64,000 nt of DNA from Nitrospiraceae bacterium (GTDB taxonomy: Bacteria; Nitrospirota; Nitrospiria; Nitrospirales; Nitrospiraceae), in the NCBI GenBank assembly GCA_050246315.1, contig JBFWWG010000002.1, positions 524,811 through 588,810 on the forward strand. Reading direction: 5' to 3'. The notes beneath the pieces were generated by a model. The model did not search any database, was not told where the DNA came from, and saw only the letters and a program-made list of their open reading frames with translations. The first letter of the stretch is position 1. Each line of letters starts with the position of its first letter. Made by a program: the position numbers and the translations under genes. Shown in pieces: positions 9,690 through 20,318 of this stretch.

Positions 9690-9716
9690 CAGAACTCTGC
9701 GCAGCATCCCTCCAAC

Positions 9717-10466
9717 CTACCGAGATCCCACCAGTCCTGTCAGTTCGGACAAGCTCCTGATCGTTCGATAGGGATTAATCCCCTGCGGCGGCGCGAGGTC
9801 CGGCTGATCGCCCTGACGTCGGATCAGCACTGCGGCGAGGCCGGCCTTTTGTGCGCCCATCACGTCATCCCGGAGACTGTCCCCAATGTGCAGGGCTTCC
9901 TCCGGATCGAGCGCATGCTTTTCCAGGGCCAATCGAAAAATTCCGGGCGCCGGTTTCGCCGATCGAGCTAACGAAGAGATGGTGACGGTATCGAAATAGT
10001 CGGCGATTCCAAGCCCCTTGAGAACATTGAATAGACGGCTGTCAAAGTTCGAAATAATGCCCAACTCCACCCCACGATCCCGCAGGCCTTTCAATACGTC
10101 GATCGTTTCCGGGTACAGTTCCCAGAACTCCGGGCCGTCGAATCGCCGGAACACCTCTTCAAAAAAGTCGTCGAATCGCTCGAACAGGCCCACACGATAA
10201 AAAACATTGTGCACCACGTCGAACCACCAGAGCCGCTCGCACCGTTTGATCTCGGCCGGATCGCTGACCTGGAAGACAGGCGGCGGCGCATCCTGCATCG
10301 CACGCTTGAACGCTCCCGTGATCGCCTCGCGCGAGTCCGACCCTCGGCGGAAGCCGTATGGAACCGCCAACTCGAGGTAGATGTCTGCAACGGAACGCTT
10401 CACCCGGAACAGCGTCCCGGCAGCATCGAAGAACACGACATTGATCAAGGAGCCCGGCGATACCAT
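9717..10466 (-). CDS. HAD-IA family hydrolase
   Basis: FFDAAGTL, ISNFD, KPAPGIF, HIGDS..DD motifs; start trimmed to MVSPGSL. Confidence 0.88.
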   Translation of the reverse strand: MVSPGSLINVVFFDAAGTLFRVKRSVADIYLELAVPYGFRRGSDSREAITGAFKRAMQDAPPPVFQVSDPAEIKRCERLWWFDVVHNVFYRVGLFERFDDFFEEVFRRFDGPEFWELYPETIDVLKGLRDRGVELGIISNFDSRLFNVLKGLGIADYFDTVTISSLARSAKPAPGIFRLALEKHALDPEEALHIGDSLRDDVMGAQKAGLAAVLIRRQGDQPDLAPPQGINPYRTIRSLSELTGLVGSR

Positions 10467-10610
10467 CACCGACAGAGCTCCGCTTCGATCAAACGAACCT
10501 CGGGCATCACGTCGAGAAACATAACGATAACCACGTGAAATCGGGCATTTCTTTTGACAAGGTCTCCCCCCTCTGCTAGCGTCGATTCCATTGACAACAA
10601 GGGGTCTCTC

Positions 10611-11873
10611 ATGGCGTCCACACTCTTTGTCATCGACAGCAGCCCGGCCGTCCGCCGCATGATCGAACAACTCTCATCCGACCAGGGATACGAGGTCTAT
10701 AGCTTCCTGGACGGGCCCGCTGCCCTGGAGGCCGCGAGAAAGATGCCTCCGAAGGCCGTCATCGCAGATTACCATTTGAACAAGATCACCTTTTCCAGTT
10801 TTTGCAAGGAGCTCAATAAGCTCGACAATCTCACCGACACCCCGATCATCTCGCTGATCGATTCAGCCGATCACCCGGACGAAGGATTGTACCGCTCGCT
10901 CGGTGTGGCCGTCTTCCTCACCAAGCCGCTCCAACCGGGCAACCTATTAGAAACCCTCCGGGCGTTGGACACAGCCGGACAACCGGCTGTCAAAAAGGGA
11001 AAAGCGAGACGGACCTGGCCTCCTACCTCCCAAGCCACCGATCTGGAAGAGGGTGAGAGTCCCATCGAGGCCGGAGAAGAGTTGAATTTCTCGTTCGAGC
11101 CGGTCAAATCCAGTGGAGAGTCTGTCCCGACCCCGTCGGACGTTCCGCCAACCCCGAGACTTCAGGCCGATCAGGGGACGCCGGGTCAACCTCGTCCCCT
11201 ATCCCATATTCAACCGGCAGACGCCCGTTCCTCCGAACCCCCATCGTCGTCGAGACCTCCCGTTGCACCGCCTCACTTGGAGTTGGCCAGCAAGACCTTC
11301 TTCGATGCCATGGCCTCGGGCGTTGCCAGACAGGTGACCGAGTCCCTCACGGCATCTGTTCAAAGCCTCGTGTCCCGCGAAGTGGAACGTCAGGTCAATG
11401 AGAAAGTCCAGGATGCGGTGCGCACTCACCTCGCCGAAACTCTGTCGCCGGACGCCTTAACCGGTTCCATCGAGCCAATTGTGCGGCATGAGTTGCCCAG
11501 TCTGGTCAGCCAGCAGATTTCGAGCCACCTGGTCTCCCTGGAGCCGACCGTCCTTCATCGGATGGAGGAGACCACCAGACCCGCCATAGAATCAGCCGTC
11601 CAAGCCGCCGTAGAGCAAGCCACCGTCAATGCGATTGAACCGGCTGTCCAAAAGGTTCTGCCTGATGCCGTGCACCGACAGCTCGGCGACCTCGATCACG
11701 TGGTCACGAGCACGATCCAGGAGATGGTCGGGAGCCTGATGCGAGACGTACTGGAACGGGTAGCACGTGACATCGCCCAGACACGGATCGAACAGGCCGT
11801 GCAAGAGATCGTCCCCGCCGTGGCGGAAACTCAGGTGAGTGAAGAGATCAAACGCTTAAGTGCGCTCGAATAG
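10611..11873 (+). CDS. RomR-like protein: receiver domain, Pro-rich linker, helical C-terminal domain
   Basis: N-terminal receiver (VIDSS, ADY, TKP); long P/S/E-rich region; C-terminal EIVPAVAETQVSEEIKRL; lies upstream of valS. Confidence 0.75.
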   Translation: MASTLFVIDSSPAVRRMIEQLSSDQGYEVYSFLDGPAALEAARKMPPKAVIADYHLNKITFSSFCKELNKLDNLTDTPIISLIDSADHPDEGLYRSLGVAVFLTKPLQPGNLLETLRALDTAGQPAVKKGKARRTWPPTSQATDLEEGESPIEAGEELNFSFEPVKSSGESVPTPSDVPPTPRLQADQGTPGQPRPLSHIQPADARSSEPPSSSRPPVAPPHLELASKTFFDAMASGVARQVTESLTASVQSLVSREVERQVNEKVQDAVRTHLAETLSPDALTGSIEPIVRHELPSLVSQQISSHLVSLEPTVLHRMEETTRPAIESAVQAAVEQATVNAIEPAVQKVLPDAVHRQLGDLDHVVTSTIQEMVGSLMRDVLERVARDIAQTRIEQAVQEIVPAVAETQVSEEIKRLSALE

Positions 11874-11899
11874 CCGCCTGCACGCAGGAATCCGAGCCC

Positions 11900-12019
11900 T
11901 CAGGACTTCTTCGTCTTTTTTGCCGCCGCCCGCCGCGCCCGAGCCAACCCTTTCATCCGCTGCACATTCTTCCGATGTTTCCGTCTAACCTTCCGATCCT
12001 TCTCTCGTCCTCTGGGCAT
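11900..12019 (-). CDS. Small, highly basic protein (39 aa; absent from the ORF track)
   Basis: MPRGREKDRKVRRKHRKNVQRMKGLARARRAAAKKTKKS*; GGAG RBS at 12030-12033; upstream TTGTAC-17 nt-TATAGA with TGn (12080-12108). Confidence 0.7.
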   Translation of the reverse strand: MPRGREKDRKVRRKHRKNVQRMKGLARARRAAAKKTKKS

Positions 12020-12190
12020 CGTCATTCATCTCCGGGTTAAGTGCCACGCCGCCGTCTCCACCGGCCGGACGGCGCCCGATCTATAGCACAGGAGTTTCGG
12101 GCGTACAAGCACCACTGGGCCGAGATGCGCGCCTTGTCGCTCTATCACACGCATGCTAAGATGCCTTCCTTCAATCTGCCACAAACCTCC

Positions 12191-14941
12191 ATGAGCCATC
12201 GCGACCTTCCCAAGATTTACGACCCGCATGAGGTCGAGCAACGGTGGTACGATTTTTGGACCAAGCGAGGCTATTTTCATGCCCGCGCTGAGGACCCGGC
12301 GCAATCCTATTCCATCGTCATTCCTCCGCCTAATGTGACCGGCTCGCTCCACGTCGGACATGCGCTGAACAATTCATTGCAAGACATCCTCATCCGCTGG
12401 CGACGGATGCAGGGGCGCAACACGCTTTGGGTCCCAGGAATGGATCACGCCGGGATCGCCACGCAAAACGTGGTGGAGCGGAGGCTTACGGAAGAGGGCC
12501 TTTCCCGCGAAGCGCTTGGACGAGAGCAGTTCATCGAACGGGTCTGGGCCTGGAAAGAACAGTCCGGCGGGACCATCCTGCGACAACTCAGACGGCTGGG
12601 CGCCTCCTGCGACTGGGATCGCACCCGTTTCACGATGGATGAAGGGCTATCGAAGGCGGTCCGCGAGGTCTTTGTGCGCCTCCACGAAGACGGACTCCTC
12701 TATCGAGGCGAACGGTTGATCAACTGGTGTCCGCGCTGCCTCACCGCCCTCTCGGACATCGAAGTTGAGCATGAAGAGATCACGGGAAAACTCTATACGA
12801 TTCGCTATCCGCTGGCCGGCGATCCGTCACGATTTCTGTTGGTCGCCACGACCCGCCCTGAGACGATGCTCGGCGACACGGCAGTCGCCGTCCATCCGGA
12901 GGATGATCGTTACAAAGCTCTCATCGGCCGGCGGGCTTCGCTGCCCCTCACGAGCCGGACCATTCCAATCGTCGGGGACCCCATCCTCGTGGATCGCGAG
13001 TTCGGGACCGGCGCGGTCAAGATTACGCCGGCCCACGACTTTAACGACTTTGAAGCAGGCGAGCGGCATGGGCTCTCCAGAATCAAGATCCTGGATATCC
13101 ATGCCCAGCTCCAGGCCGGTCGCCTCGCAGAAGGTGCGCTGGCTGACCAGAACGTGATTCAAGCCGTCGCCGACCTTCCGGTTTCGAAGGCCCGTCCAAA
13201 GATTGAGCAGTTGCTCACCGAACGAGGTCTTCTCGACAAGGTCGATCCGCACAAGATGGCGCTCGGCAAATGCTACCGCTGCAAGACGGTCGTCGAACCA
13301 TTCTTGTCAGACCAGTGGTTCGTGAAGATCAAGCCGCTGGCAGAACCGGCCATCCAGGCCGTCGTGGACGGTCGCATCACGATTGTTCCGGAAGCCTGGA
13401 AGAACAACTATCTCGGCTGGATGCGAGACATCAAGGACTGGTGCATATCCAGACAAATCTGGTGGGGGCATCAGATTCCCGCTTGGTACTGCGAAACCTG
13501 TTATGGAAGGGCGTTCACTCGTCGATCCTCGGACGGAGTTCCGGTCATTCCATCTGACGCGGTTCCCATCGTTGGCAGGTCACAACCGGTATCCTGTCTC
13601 AAGGGTCACAGCGGAAGTCTCGTCCAGGACCCCGATGTGCTCGACACCTGGTTTTCGTCCGCCCTCTGGCCCTTCTCGACGCTGGGCTGGCCCGAGCAGA
13701 CGGCCGACCTGAAGAAGTATTACCCGACCGCCACATTGGTCACCGGGCTCGATATCCTGTTTTTCTGGGTCGCGCGTATGATCATGATGGGGCTGAAGTT
13801 CATGGGCGAGGTGCCGTTCCGCGAGGTCTATATCCATGCACTGGTCCGCGACGCCGAAGGGCAAAAGATGAGCAAGTCGAAGGGCAACGTCATCGACCCG
13901 CTCCATGTGATGGAACAGTACGGCACCGATGCCTTACGCTTCACCCTCGCCTCCATGTCCACACCGGGCCGTGACATCAAGCTTGCCGAGGAGCGGATCG
14001 AGGGCTACCGCAACTTCACCAACAAGATCTGGAACGCCGCCAGGTTCATCCTGATGAATCTGGAAGAACCACGAACATCGGTACCGGCCAAAGAGCGCTC
14101 TCTGCCGGATCGATGGATTCTGGCACGGTTAAGCGAAACGATCGGTTCCGTATCGCAGTCCTTGGAACACTATCGTTTTGACCAAGCTTGCTCGACCCTC
14201 TATCAGTTTGTCTGGCATGAGTACTGCGATTGGTACCTCGAGCTCGCGAAGGTGTCGTTGCAACAGCAGGACGCACCTGAAGCCGAATCCACGAAGCAGA
14301 CCCTGGCGGAATCCAGCGAAGTACTCATGCGGCTGTTGCACCCCTTCATGCCTTTCTTGACGGAGGAGATCTGGCAGACGCTTCCCCACGAAGGCGACAG
14401 TGTGATGATTCAGAGCTATCCTCGCGCCGATGCGGCCTGGGAGGACAAGGTAGCCCAGGAGGCCATCGCGCTCCTTCAACAGACAGTCGGCCTGGTCCGT
14501 ACCGCACGGTCGTTGCTGAACTATAGTCCCGCCGCCCAGGTCGCCTTTTTTGTCGAATGCCAGCAGGCCGGAAATACCGCCGCTCTGTCCCGCATGACTT
14601 CCTATCTCTCGTCCTTGGCTAAGGGACCGGCGCAAGTCGTCGTATCCCCGAGCCGGCCGACTGACAAGGTGCTGCGCCTGACCAGACAGGGCACGACCAT
14701 CGGCCTCACCGTGATGGGAGATGTGGACCTGCAGAAAGCCCTCGCGCGCATCGCCAAACAGCGCGAGGAGGAGACTCAGGAAGCCCGTCGCCTGGAGGGT
14801 AAATTAAAGAACAAGGACTTTGTCGACAAGGCGCCCGCCGAAGTGGTTGCCGACCATCACCAACGGTTAGCGCTGATTCAGGAGAATCAAACCATCCTCG
14901 ACAGCAGCATCAGCCAGCTCACGAGCATGTTGACACGATAA
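12191..14941 (+). CDS. valS: Valine--tRNA ligase
   Basis: PPPNVTGSLHVGH, DWCISRQ, KMSKS motifs and C-terminal coiled coil; start trimmed to MSHRDLPK. Confidence 0.98.
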   Translation: MSHRDLPKIYDPHEVEQRWYDFWTKRGYFHARAEDPAQSYSIVIPPPNVTGSLHVGHALNNSLQDILIRWRRMQGRNTLWVPGMDHAGIATQNVVERRLTEEGLSREALGREQFIERVWAWKEQSGGTILRQLRRLGASCDWDRTRFTMDEGLSKAVREVFVRLHEDGLLYRGERLINWCPRCLTALSDIEVEHEEITGKLYTIRYPLAGDPSRFLLVATTRPETMLGDTAVAVHPEDDRYKALIGRRASLPLTSRTIPIVGDPILVDREFGTGAVKITPAHDFNDFEAGERHGLSRIKILDIHAQLQAGRLAEGALADQNVIQAVADLPVSKARPKIEQLLTERGLLDKVDPHKMALGKCYRCKTVVEPFLSDQWFVKIKPLAEPAIQAVVDGRITIVPEAWKNNYLGWMRDIKDWCISRQIWWGHQIPAWYCETCYGRAFTRRSSDGVPVIPSDAVPIVGRSQPVSCLKGHSGSLVQDPDVLDTWFSSALWPFSTLGWPEQTADLKKYYPTATLVTGLDILFFWVARMIMMGLKFMGEVPFREVYIHALVRDAEGQKMSKSKGNVIDPLHVMEQYGTDALRFTLASMSTPGRDIKLAEERIEGYRNFTNKIWNAARFILMNLEEPRTSVPAKERSLPDRWILARLSETIGSVSQSLEHYRFDQACSTLYQFVWHEYCDWYLELAKVSLQQQDAPEAESTKQTLAESSEVLMRLLHPFMPFLTEEIWQTLPHEGDSVMIQSYPRADAAWEDKVAQEAIALLQQTVGLVRTARSLLNYSPAAQVAFFVECQQAGNTAALSRMTSYLSSLAKGPAQVVVSPSRPTDKVLRLTRQGTTIGLTVMGDVDLQKALARIAKQREEETQEARRLEGKLKNKDFVDKAPAEVVADHHQRLALIQENQTILDSSISQLTSMLTR

Positions 14942-14945
14942 CCCA

Positions 14946-15803
14946 ATGCAGCCGGTTTCACCTGAACAGATTCGCGAGGTCGTGATCAGGGCCCTGAAGG
15001 AAGACGCGCCCTTCGGCGACGTCACGACGACGGCTCTATTTTCCGAACCTGTACCAGCTTCTGCGGTTATCCTTGCCAAGCAACGCCTGACCGTGGCGGG
15101 CCTCGCGGTTGCGATCCGCACGTTTCAACAAGTTGATGCGGGCGTGACTGTCACCGAGCACCTATCGGACGGCTCGGTGGCGCAAACGGGAGCTGCCATC
15201 CTCACCGTCGCCGGAGACGCCCGATCTATACTAAGGGCGGAACGGGTTGCGCTGAACCTCTTGCAGCATCTCTCGGGGATCGCCACGCTCACCAGAGCCT
15301 ATTGCGACGCGATCCGCGGCTATCCGGCCAAAATTCTCGATACGCGCAAGACCCTGCCAGGTCTCCGGACCTTGGAAAAATGGGCGGTCACACTGGGTGG
15401 AGGGACCAACCATCGGTTTTCACTGAGCGACGGCATCATGATCAAAGACAACCATATCGCGCTGCTCGCGCAGGCGGGCCTGTCGCTGGCGGATGGCTGC
15501 CGCCGTGCCAGAGAGCGGGCCCCTCATCAACTGCGGATGATCGTCGAGGTCGATAGGTTGGAACAAATCCCCATGGCGCTCGCCGGAGGCGCTGACGTGA
15601 TCCTTCTAGACAATATGGTCCCAACCGACGTGCGTAAGGCTATTGATCTGATCAAGGGCCGGGCGCTGGTCGAGGTCTCCGGCGGCGTCGGCTTGGCGAC
15701 GGTACGGGACTATGCCGCGGCCGGGGCCGACTTCATCTCGATCGGGGCATTGACCCACTCGGCGCCCGCGGTGGACATCAGCCTCGACCTCAGCCCAGTG
15801 TAG
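14946..15803 (+). CDS. nadC: Nicotinate-nucleotide diphosphorylase (carboxylating)
   Basis: ERVALN, DTRKT, NHR, KDNH, LLDNM, SIGALTHS motifs. Confidence 0.96.
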   Translation: MQPVSPEQIREVVIRALKEDAPFGDVTTTALFSEPVPASAVILAKQRLTVAGLAVAIRTFQQVDAGVTVTEHLSDGSVAQTGAAILTVAGDARSILRAERVALNLLQHLSGIATLTRAYCDAIRGYPAKILDTRKTLPGLRTLEKWAVTLGGGTNHRFSLSDGIMIKDNHIALLAQAGLSLADGCRRARERAPHQLRMIVEVDRLEQIPMALAGGADVILLDNMVPTDVRKAIDLIKGRALVEVSGGVGLATVRDYAAAGADFISIGALTHSAPAVDISLDLSPV

Positions 15804-15829
15804 ATCGGAGGATCTGGCCCGGTCACGCT

Positions 15830-16684
15830 GTGTCATTGCTTGCACCGCCTCCCTTGTCAAGTGATCTGACCCAAGAAGCTGTCGCCTCCCTGCTTCGAAC
15901 CTGCGCCTTCGGACGCCGGTTACAGGTCTTGCAACAGACCGATTCGACCAATTCCGCCCTGCTCAAGCTGGCTCAAGACGGTGCCCCGCACGGGACGGTA
16001 GTCTGCGCTGAACACCAGACATTCGGTCGCGGCCGTCGAGGCCGGACATGGGTTTCTCGTCCGGGCCACAGTCTCTGCTTTTCGGTACTGCTCCGCGGCC
16101 GCCGGCTTTTATCCGAGGATGCCCACTGGCCTGCATGGGTCCCTCTGGCCAGCGGCACGGCGGTGGCATATGGTATCGCCGACACCATCGGTGTTACCCC
16201 GACGCTCAAGTGGCCAAACGATCTGCTCCTTGGCGACCGCAAACTGGGAGGTATCCTTTCGGAGAGCGTGTTGACGACTCAGTCCCCGCCGTTATTCATC
16301 GTCGGCATCGGACTCAACGTGACTCTGCCGAAGGAAGACATGCCGGAGGAATTGCTAGGCACGGCCACGTCGTTGATCTCGGCTACCGGCAGGCCGGTTG
16401 ACCGCGCGCGGCTTCTTTCCAATATTCTTGAGCGGTTGGAGGAACAGCTCGAACCGGTGCTGGACGGCGAGATCACGCAGGCCATTTCGGCCTATACAGA
16501 GTTGAGCTCAACGATCGGTCGAGAGGTCAGCATCGAGTTCACGGCCACGCCTCCCTTGATCGGATCGGCCAAGGCAGTGGCGCCCGATGGGGCCCTCCTC
16601 GTTCAGCCTCGCACCTCCGGGTCCGACCCTCGGAGGATGGGGATTGTTGCAGTTCGGGTTGGAGATGTGGTCCACTTACGGTGA
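15830..16684 (+). CDS. birA: Biotin--[acetyl-CoA carboxylase] ligase (no HTH domain)
   Basis: STN, QTFGRGRRGRTW, KWPND, KLGGIL, GIGLN motifs. Confidence 0.93.
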   Translation: MSLLAPPPLSSDLTQEAVASLLRTCAFGRRLQVLQQTDSTNSALLKLAQDGAPHGTVVCAEHQTFGRGRRGRTWVSRPGHSLCFSVLLRGRRLLSEDAHWPAWVPLASGTAVAYGIADTIGVTPTLKWPNDLLLGDRKLGGILSESVLTTQSPPLFIVGIGLNVTLPKEDMPEELLGTATSLISATGRPVDRARLLSNILERLEEQLEPVLDGEITQAISAYTELSSTIGREVSIEFTATPPLIGSAKAVAPDGALLVQPRTSGSDPRRMGIVAVRVGDVVHLR

Positions 16685-16708
16685 AGGCTGGACCATAGGC
16701 ACCTATCC

Positions 16709-17515
16709 ATGCTGCTCGCAATTGATATCGGCAACACCAACCTTGTCTGCGGACTTTTCGAGGGGACCCGGCTCAAAGGTCATTGGCGACTTGCCACCAA
16801 CCCTCAGAAGACGGCCGATGAATACGGACTCGAGCTACGCGGGCTGTCACAATTGGCCGGCTTCACGGTCGAACAGATCCACGGTGTGATTATCTCCAGC
16901 GTCGTCCCCTCGCTGACCTCGACAATTGAGACGATGAGTGAGGGGTTTTTCCACCGCATCCCCTATCTGGTCTCGTCCGACACCGATTCTGGCTTGCAGC
17001 TCCGGTACCCCAATCCGAAAGAGATCGGAAGCGATCGTATCGTCAACGCCGCGGCGGCCTATGCCCAGTACCGGACGGACCTGATCATCATCGATTTTGG
17101 GACCGCGACCACGTTCTGTGCAGTCACGCGACAGGGGGAATATCTGGGCGGGGTCATTGCACCCGGCTTGGGGATCTCCGCGGAGGCGCTCTGGTCACGA
17201 ACAGCCAAGCTGCCCAAGGTTGCACTGGTGAGCCCCAAATCCGTCATCGGACGCGACACCGCCAGCAGCATCCAATCGGGCCTCATCTTCGGCTACGCGG
17301 GCCTTGTGGATGAAATCGTGGATCGGATGCAGCGGGAACTGTGCACGATCCCGATGGTGATCGCAACGGGCGGCCTTGCGCCCGTGATCGCACCGGAATC
17401 GAGACGCATCCAGGCGGTGAAACCTTTTCTGACCCTCGAAGGGCTCGAACTCCTCCATCGCCGCAATCGAGGCGACCTCGTCGATCGCGAAGACCCGACC
17501 TCATCGGCAAGCTGA
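16709..17515 (+). CDS. coaX: Type III pantothenate kinase
   Basis: DIGNTN, GSDR, DFGTATT, GGVIAPG, ATGG motifs. Confidence 0.95.
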   Translation: MLLAIDIGNTNLVCGLFEGTRLKGHWRLATNPQKTADEYGLELRGLSQLAGFTVEQIHGVIISSVVPSLTSTIETMSEGFFHRIPYLVSSDTDSGLQLRYPNPKEIGSDRIVNAAAAYAQYRTDLIIIDFGTATTFCAVTRQGEYLGGVIAPGLGISAEALWSRTAKLPKVALVSPKSVIGRDTASSIQSGLIFGYAGLVDEIVDRMQRELCTIPMVIATGGLAPVIAPESRRIQAVKPFLTLEGLELLHRRNRGDLVDREDPTSSAS

Positions 17516-17640
17516 ATCTTCCCCTCCCCTTCCTTCCTCTCATGCTCCGCTCGCATCGTTGACTCGGCTAGATTTTCTGCCCACTTCCTGTTGACTTTAC
17601 CCATCCGGTGGCTATCTACAAACGACCATAGGTAGACCCA

Positions 17641-18237
17641 GTGGATGACAACATGGAAAACGGTAACAGTCTCAATGACTTATCAGACCAGGACATGACC
17701 GAGACCGCTCCGAACGATGGCCAACAGGTCAGCGATCTACAACAACTTCGTGACAGCCTTGCGACCAAGAGCGACGAGGCCAAGGCCAACCAAGATCGCT
17801 ACCTCAGAGCCGTAGCAGAACTGGAAAATTATAAGCGAGTCTCCCAACGAGAGCAGCGGGAGAGCATCCGCTACGGCAACGAATCCATCCTGAAGGAACT
17901 CCTTCCGGCCATCGACAATCTGGAGAGAGCAATCCAAGCCGCCAAGACCAACGCCGGCCCCGATGCTTTGATCCAAGGAGTGGAGTTAACCCTCAAACAA
18001 TTGCAGGAGGCGATAGGCCGATTCGGGGTGAAGCCGATCTCCTGCATCGGTCAACCATTCGATCCGACCTGCCAGCAGGCCGTGACCCAGGTCGCAAGCG
18101 AACGCATTGCGCCGGGGTGCGTGGTTGATGAGTTCCAAAAGGGCTATGTCTTGCACGACCGTGTTTTACGGGCCGCGATGGTGAGCGTGGCGGCAGCCGC
18201 TTCCGCCTCAGACTCGGAGTCCGGCCAAGATTCTTGA
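17641..18237 (+). CDS. grpE: Nucleotide exchange factor GrpE
   Basis: AELENYKR, LLPAIDNLERA, FDP, KGY..HDRVLRAAMV motifs; upstream of dnaK. Confidence 0.95.
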   Translation: MDDNMENGNSLNDLSDQDMTETAPNDGQQVSDLQQLRDSLATKSDEAKANQDRYLRAVAELENYKRVSQREQRESIRYGNESILKELLPAIDNLERAIQAAKTNAGPDALIQGVELTLKQLQEAIGRFGVKPISCIGQPFDPTCQQAVTQVASERIAPGCVVDEFQKGYVLHDRVLRAAMVSVAAAASASDSESGQDS

Positions 18238-18319
18238 TGCAACGGAAACGAAGCGGTCCGCTCGACCTGAAATCCGGTTGGCGGGTGACTCCATCGCTTC
18301 GTGAGGGAAGGAGAGACCC

Positions 18320-20242
18320 ATGGGGAAAGTTATCGGCATCGACTTGGGAACCACGAATTCCTGTGTGGCCATCATGAGCGGCGGCGATCCCGCCGTCATC
18401 GCCAATGCTGAGGGAAGCCGCACCACTCCCTCGGTGGTCGCGATCACCGATAAGAACGAGCGACTCGTCGGCCAAATCGCCAAACGTCAGGCCATCACCA
18501 ATCCCGAGAACACGATCTATTCTGTAAAGCGCCTGATGGGGCGGAAGTTCCGCAACCGCGAGGTGCAGGATGCCATGAAGCGTCTGCCCTACAAGGTGCT
18601 GGAAGCCGACAATGGCGACGCGCACGTGGAGATTCGAGGGAAACGATACAGCCCCGCCGAGGTCTCGGCCATGATTCTGCAAAAAATGAAGCAGACGGCC
18701 GAAGACTATTTGGGAGAGAAAGTGACCGAGGCAGTCATTACCGTCCCGGCTTACTTCGATGACAGCCAGCGCCAAGCCACCAAAGACGCGGGACAGATTG
18801 CCGGGTTGAACGTGTTACGCATCATCAATGAGCCGACCGCCGCTTCGCTGGCCTACGGCCTCGACAAGAAGAAAGACGAGCGCATCGCCGTCTACGATCT
18901 CGGGGGCGGTACCTTCGACATTTCGATCCTTGAAATCGGAGAAGGCGTCTTCGAGGTAAAGTCCACCAACGGCGACACCTACCTGGGCGGCGACGATTTC
19001 GACCTCCGGATCATGGATTGGCTCGTCGAGGAGTTCAAGAAGGATCAAGGCATTGATCTCAGAAAGGACCGCATGGCGCTCCAGCGGTTGAAGGAGGCCG
19101 CCGAGCGGGCCAAGATCGAACTCTCCTCGTCCCAAGAGAGCGAAATCAATCTCCCGTTTATCACGGCCGATGCCAGCGGTCCGAAGCACCTCGTCACCAA
19201 ACTGACGAGGGCGAAGCTCGAACAACTCGTCGATGACTTGGTTCAGCGCACGATCGAACCCTGCCGCAAGGCCTTGACCGATGCCGGAGTCGCCGCACGA
19301 GACATCCACGAAGTGGTGCTGGTCGGCGGCATGACCCGCATGCCGAAAGTCATTCAGACCGTCAAGGACTTCTTCGGCAAAGAACCCCATCGCGGCGTCA
19401 ACCCCGATGAAGTGGTCGCGGTGGGCGCCGGCATTCAAGGCGGCGTCCTTAAGGGCGAAGTCAAAGACGTTCTCCTGTTGGACGTAACTCCGTTGACCCT
19501 TGGGATCGAAACGCTCGGCGGGATCTTCACCCACCTGATCGAACGGAACACGACGATTCCCAGCAAGAAGAGTCAGGTGTTCTCGACCGCCGCGGACAAC
19601 CAGACGGCGGTCACGATCCGGGTGTTCCAAGGGGAACGCGAAATGGCCAACGACAACAAGCTCCTCGGGCAGTTCGATCTCGTGGGCATTCCGCCGGCTC
19701 CCCGCGGCATGCCGCAGGTCGAGGTGACGTTCGACATCGACGCCAACGGCATCGTGCACGTCTCGGCCAAGGATCTTGGTACGGGCAAAGAACAGTCCAT
19801 CAAGATCACCGCCTCAAGCGGCCTCAACAAGGACGAGATCGAGAAGCTCGTTCGCGACGCGCAAAGCCATTCGGACGATGATAAAAAGCGCCGGCAGTTG
19901 GCCGAAGCCCGCAACCAGGCCGATACGCTGATTTACGGCACGGAGAAGAACCTGAACGAGCACGGCGATAAGATTTCGGACGAGGAGAAGACCAAGATCA
20001 CGGACGCGGTGACCGCGTTGCGCAAGGCGATGGAGGGCAACGACCTCGACGCCATCCAATCCGCAACACAAACGCTGACGTCCGCCTCCCACAAGCTGGC
20101 CGAAGAGATGTACAAGAAGGCCAGTGCCGCCGCGTCTCCAGGCGGTGCCGGCGGACCGGAGGGCAACGGTGGCGCAACCGGCAAAACAGATGAAAAGGTT
20201 GTGGACGCGGAATTTGAAGAAGTAGACAAGGATAAGAAGTAG
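18320..20242 (+). CDS. dnaK: Chaperone DnaK
   Basis: [27 protein letters not shown] and C-terminal DAEFEEV motifs. Confidence 0.99.
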   Translation: MGKVIGIDLGTTNSCVAIMSGGDPAVIANAEGSRTTPSVVAITDKNERLVGQIAKRQAITNPENTIYSVKRLMGRKFRNREVQDAMKRLPYKVLEADNGDAHVEIRGKRYSPAEVSAMILQKMKQTAEDYLGEKVTEAVITVPAYFDDSQRQATKDAGQIAGLNVLRIINEPTAASLAYGLDKKKDERIAVYDLGGGTFDISILEIGEGVFEVKSTNGDTYLGGDDFDLRIMDWLVEEFKKDQGIDLRKDRMALQRLKEAAERAKIELSSSQESEINLPFITADASGPKHLVTKLTRAKLEQLVDDLVQRTIEPCRKALTDAGVAARDIHEVVLVGGMTRMPKVIQTVKDFFGKEPHRGVNPDEVVAVGAGIQGGVLKGEVKDVLLLDVTPLTLGIETLGGIFTHLIERNTTIPSKKSQVFSTAADNQTAVTIRVFQGEREMANDNKLLGQFDLVGIPPAPRGMPQVEVTFDIDANGIVHVSAKDLGTGKEQSIKITASSGLNKDEIEKLVRDAQSHSDDDKKRRQLAEARNQADTLIYGTEKNLNEHGDKISDEEKTKITDAVTALRKAMEGNDLDAIQSATQTLTSASHKLAEEMYKKASAAASPGGAGGPEGNGGATGKTDEKVVDAEFEEVDKDKK

Positions 20243-20260
20243 TTTACAATCACAACGACC

Positions 20261-20291
20261 GGGGCCGATCTCTAAACCGGAGGTCGGCCCC
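20261..20291 (+). terminator. Intercistronic stem-loop between dnaK and dnaJ (partial terminator or mRNA stabiliser)
   Basis: GGGGCCGATCTC-7 nt-GAGGTCGGCCCC; no strong U-tract. Confidence 0.55.
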
Positions 20292-20318
20292 TCCTGTTGA
20301 CCGACTTTCCAACCGGCC

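Noticed and set aside
17520..17640. CIRCE element before grpE-dnaK-dnaJ
   Set aside because: No TTAGCACTC-N9-GAGTGCTAA and no hrcA in the window.
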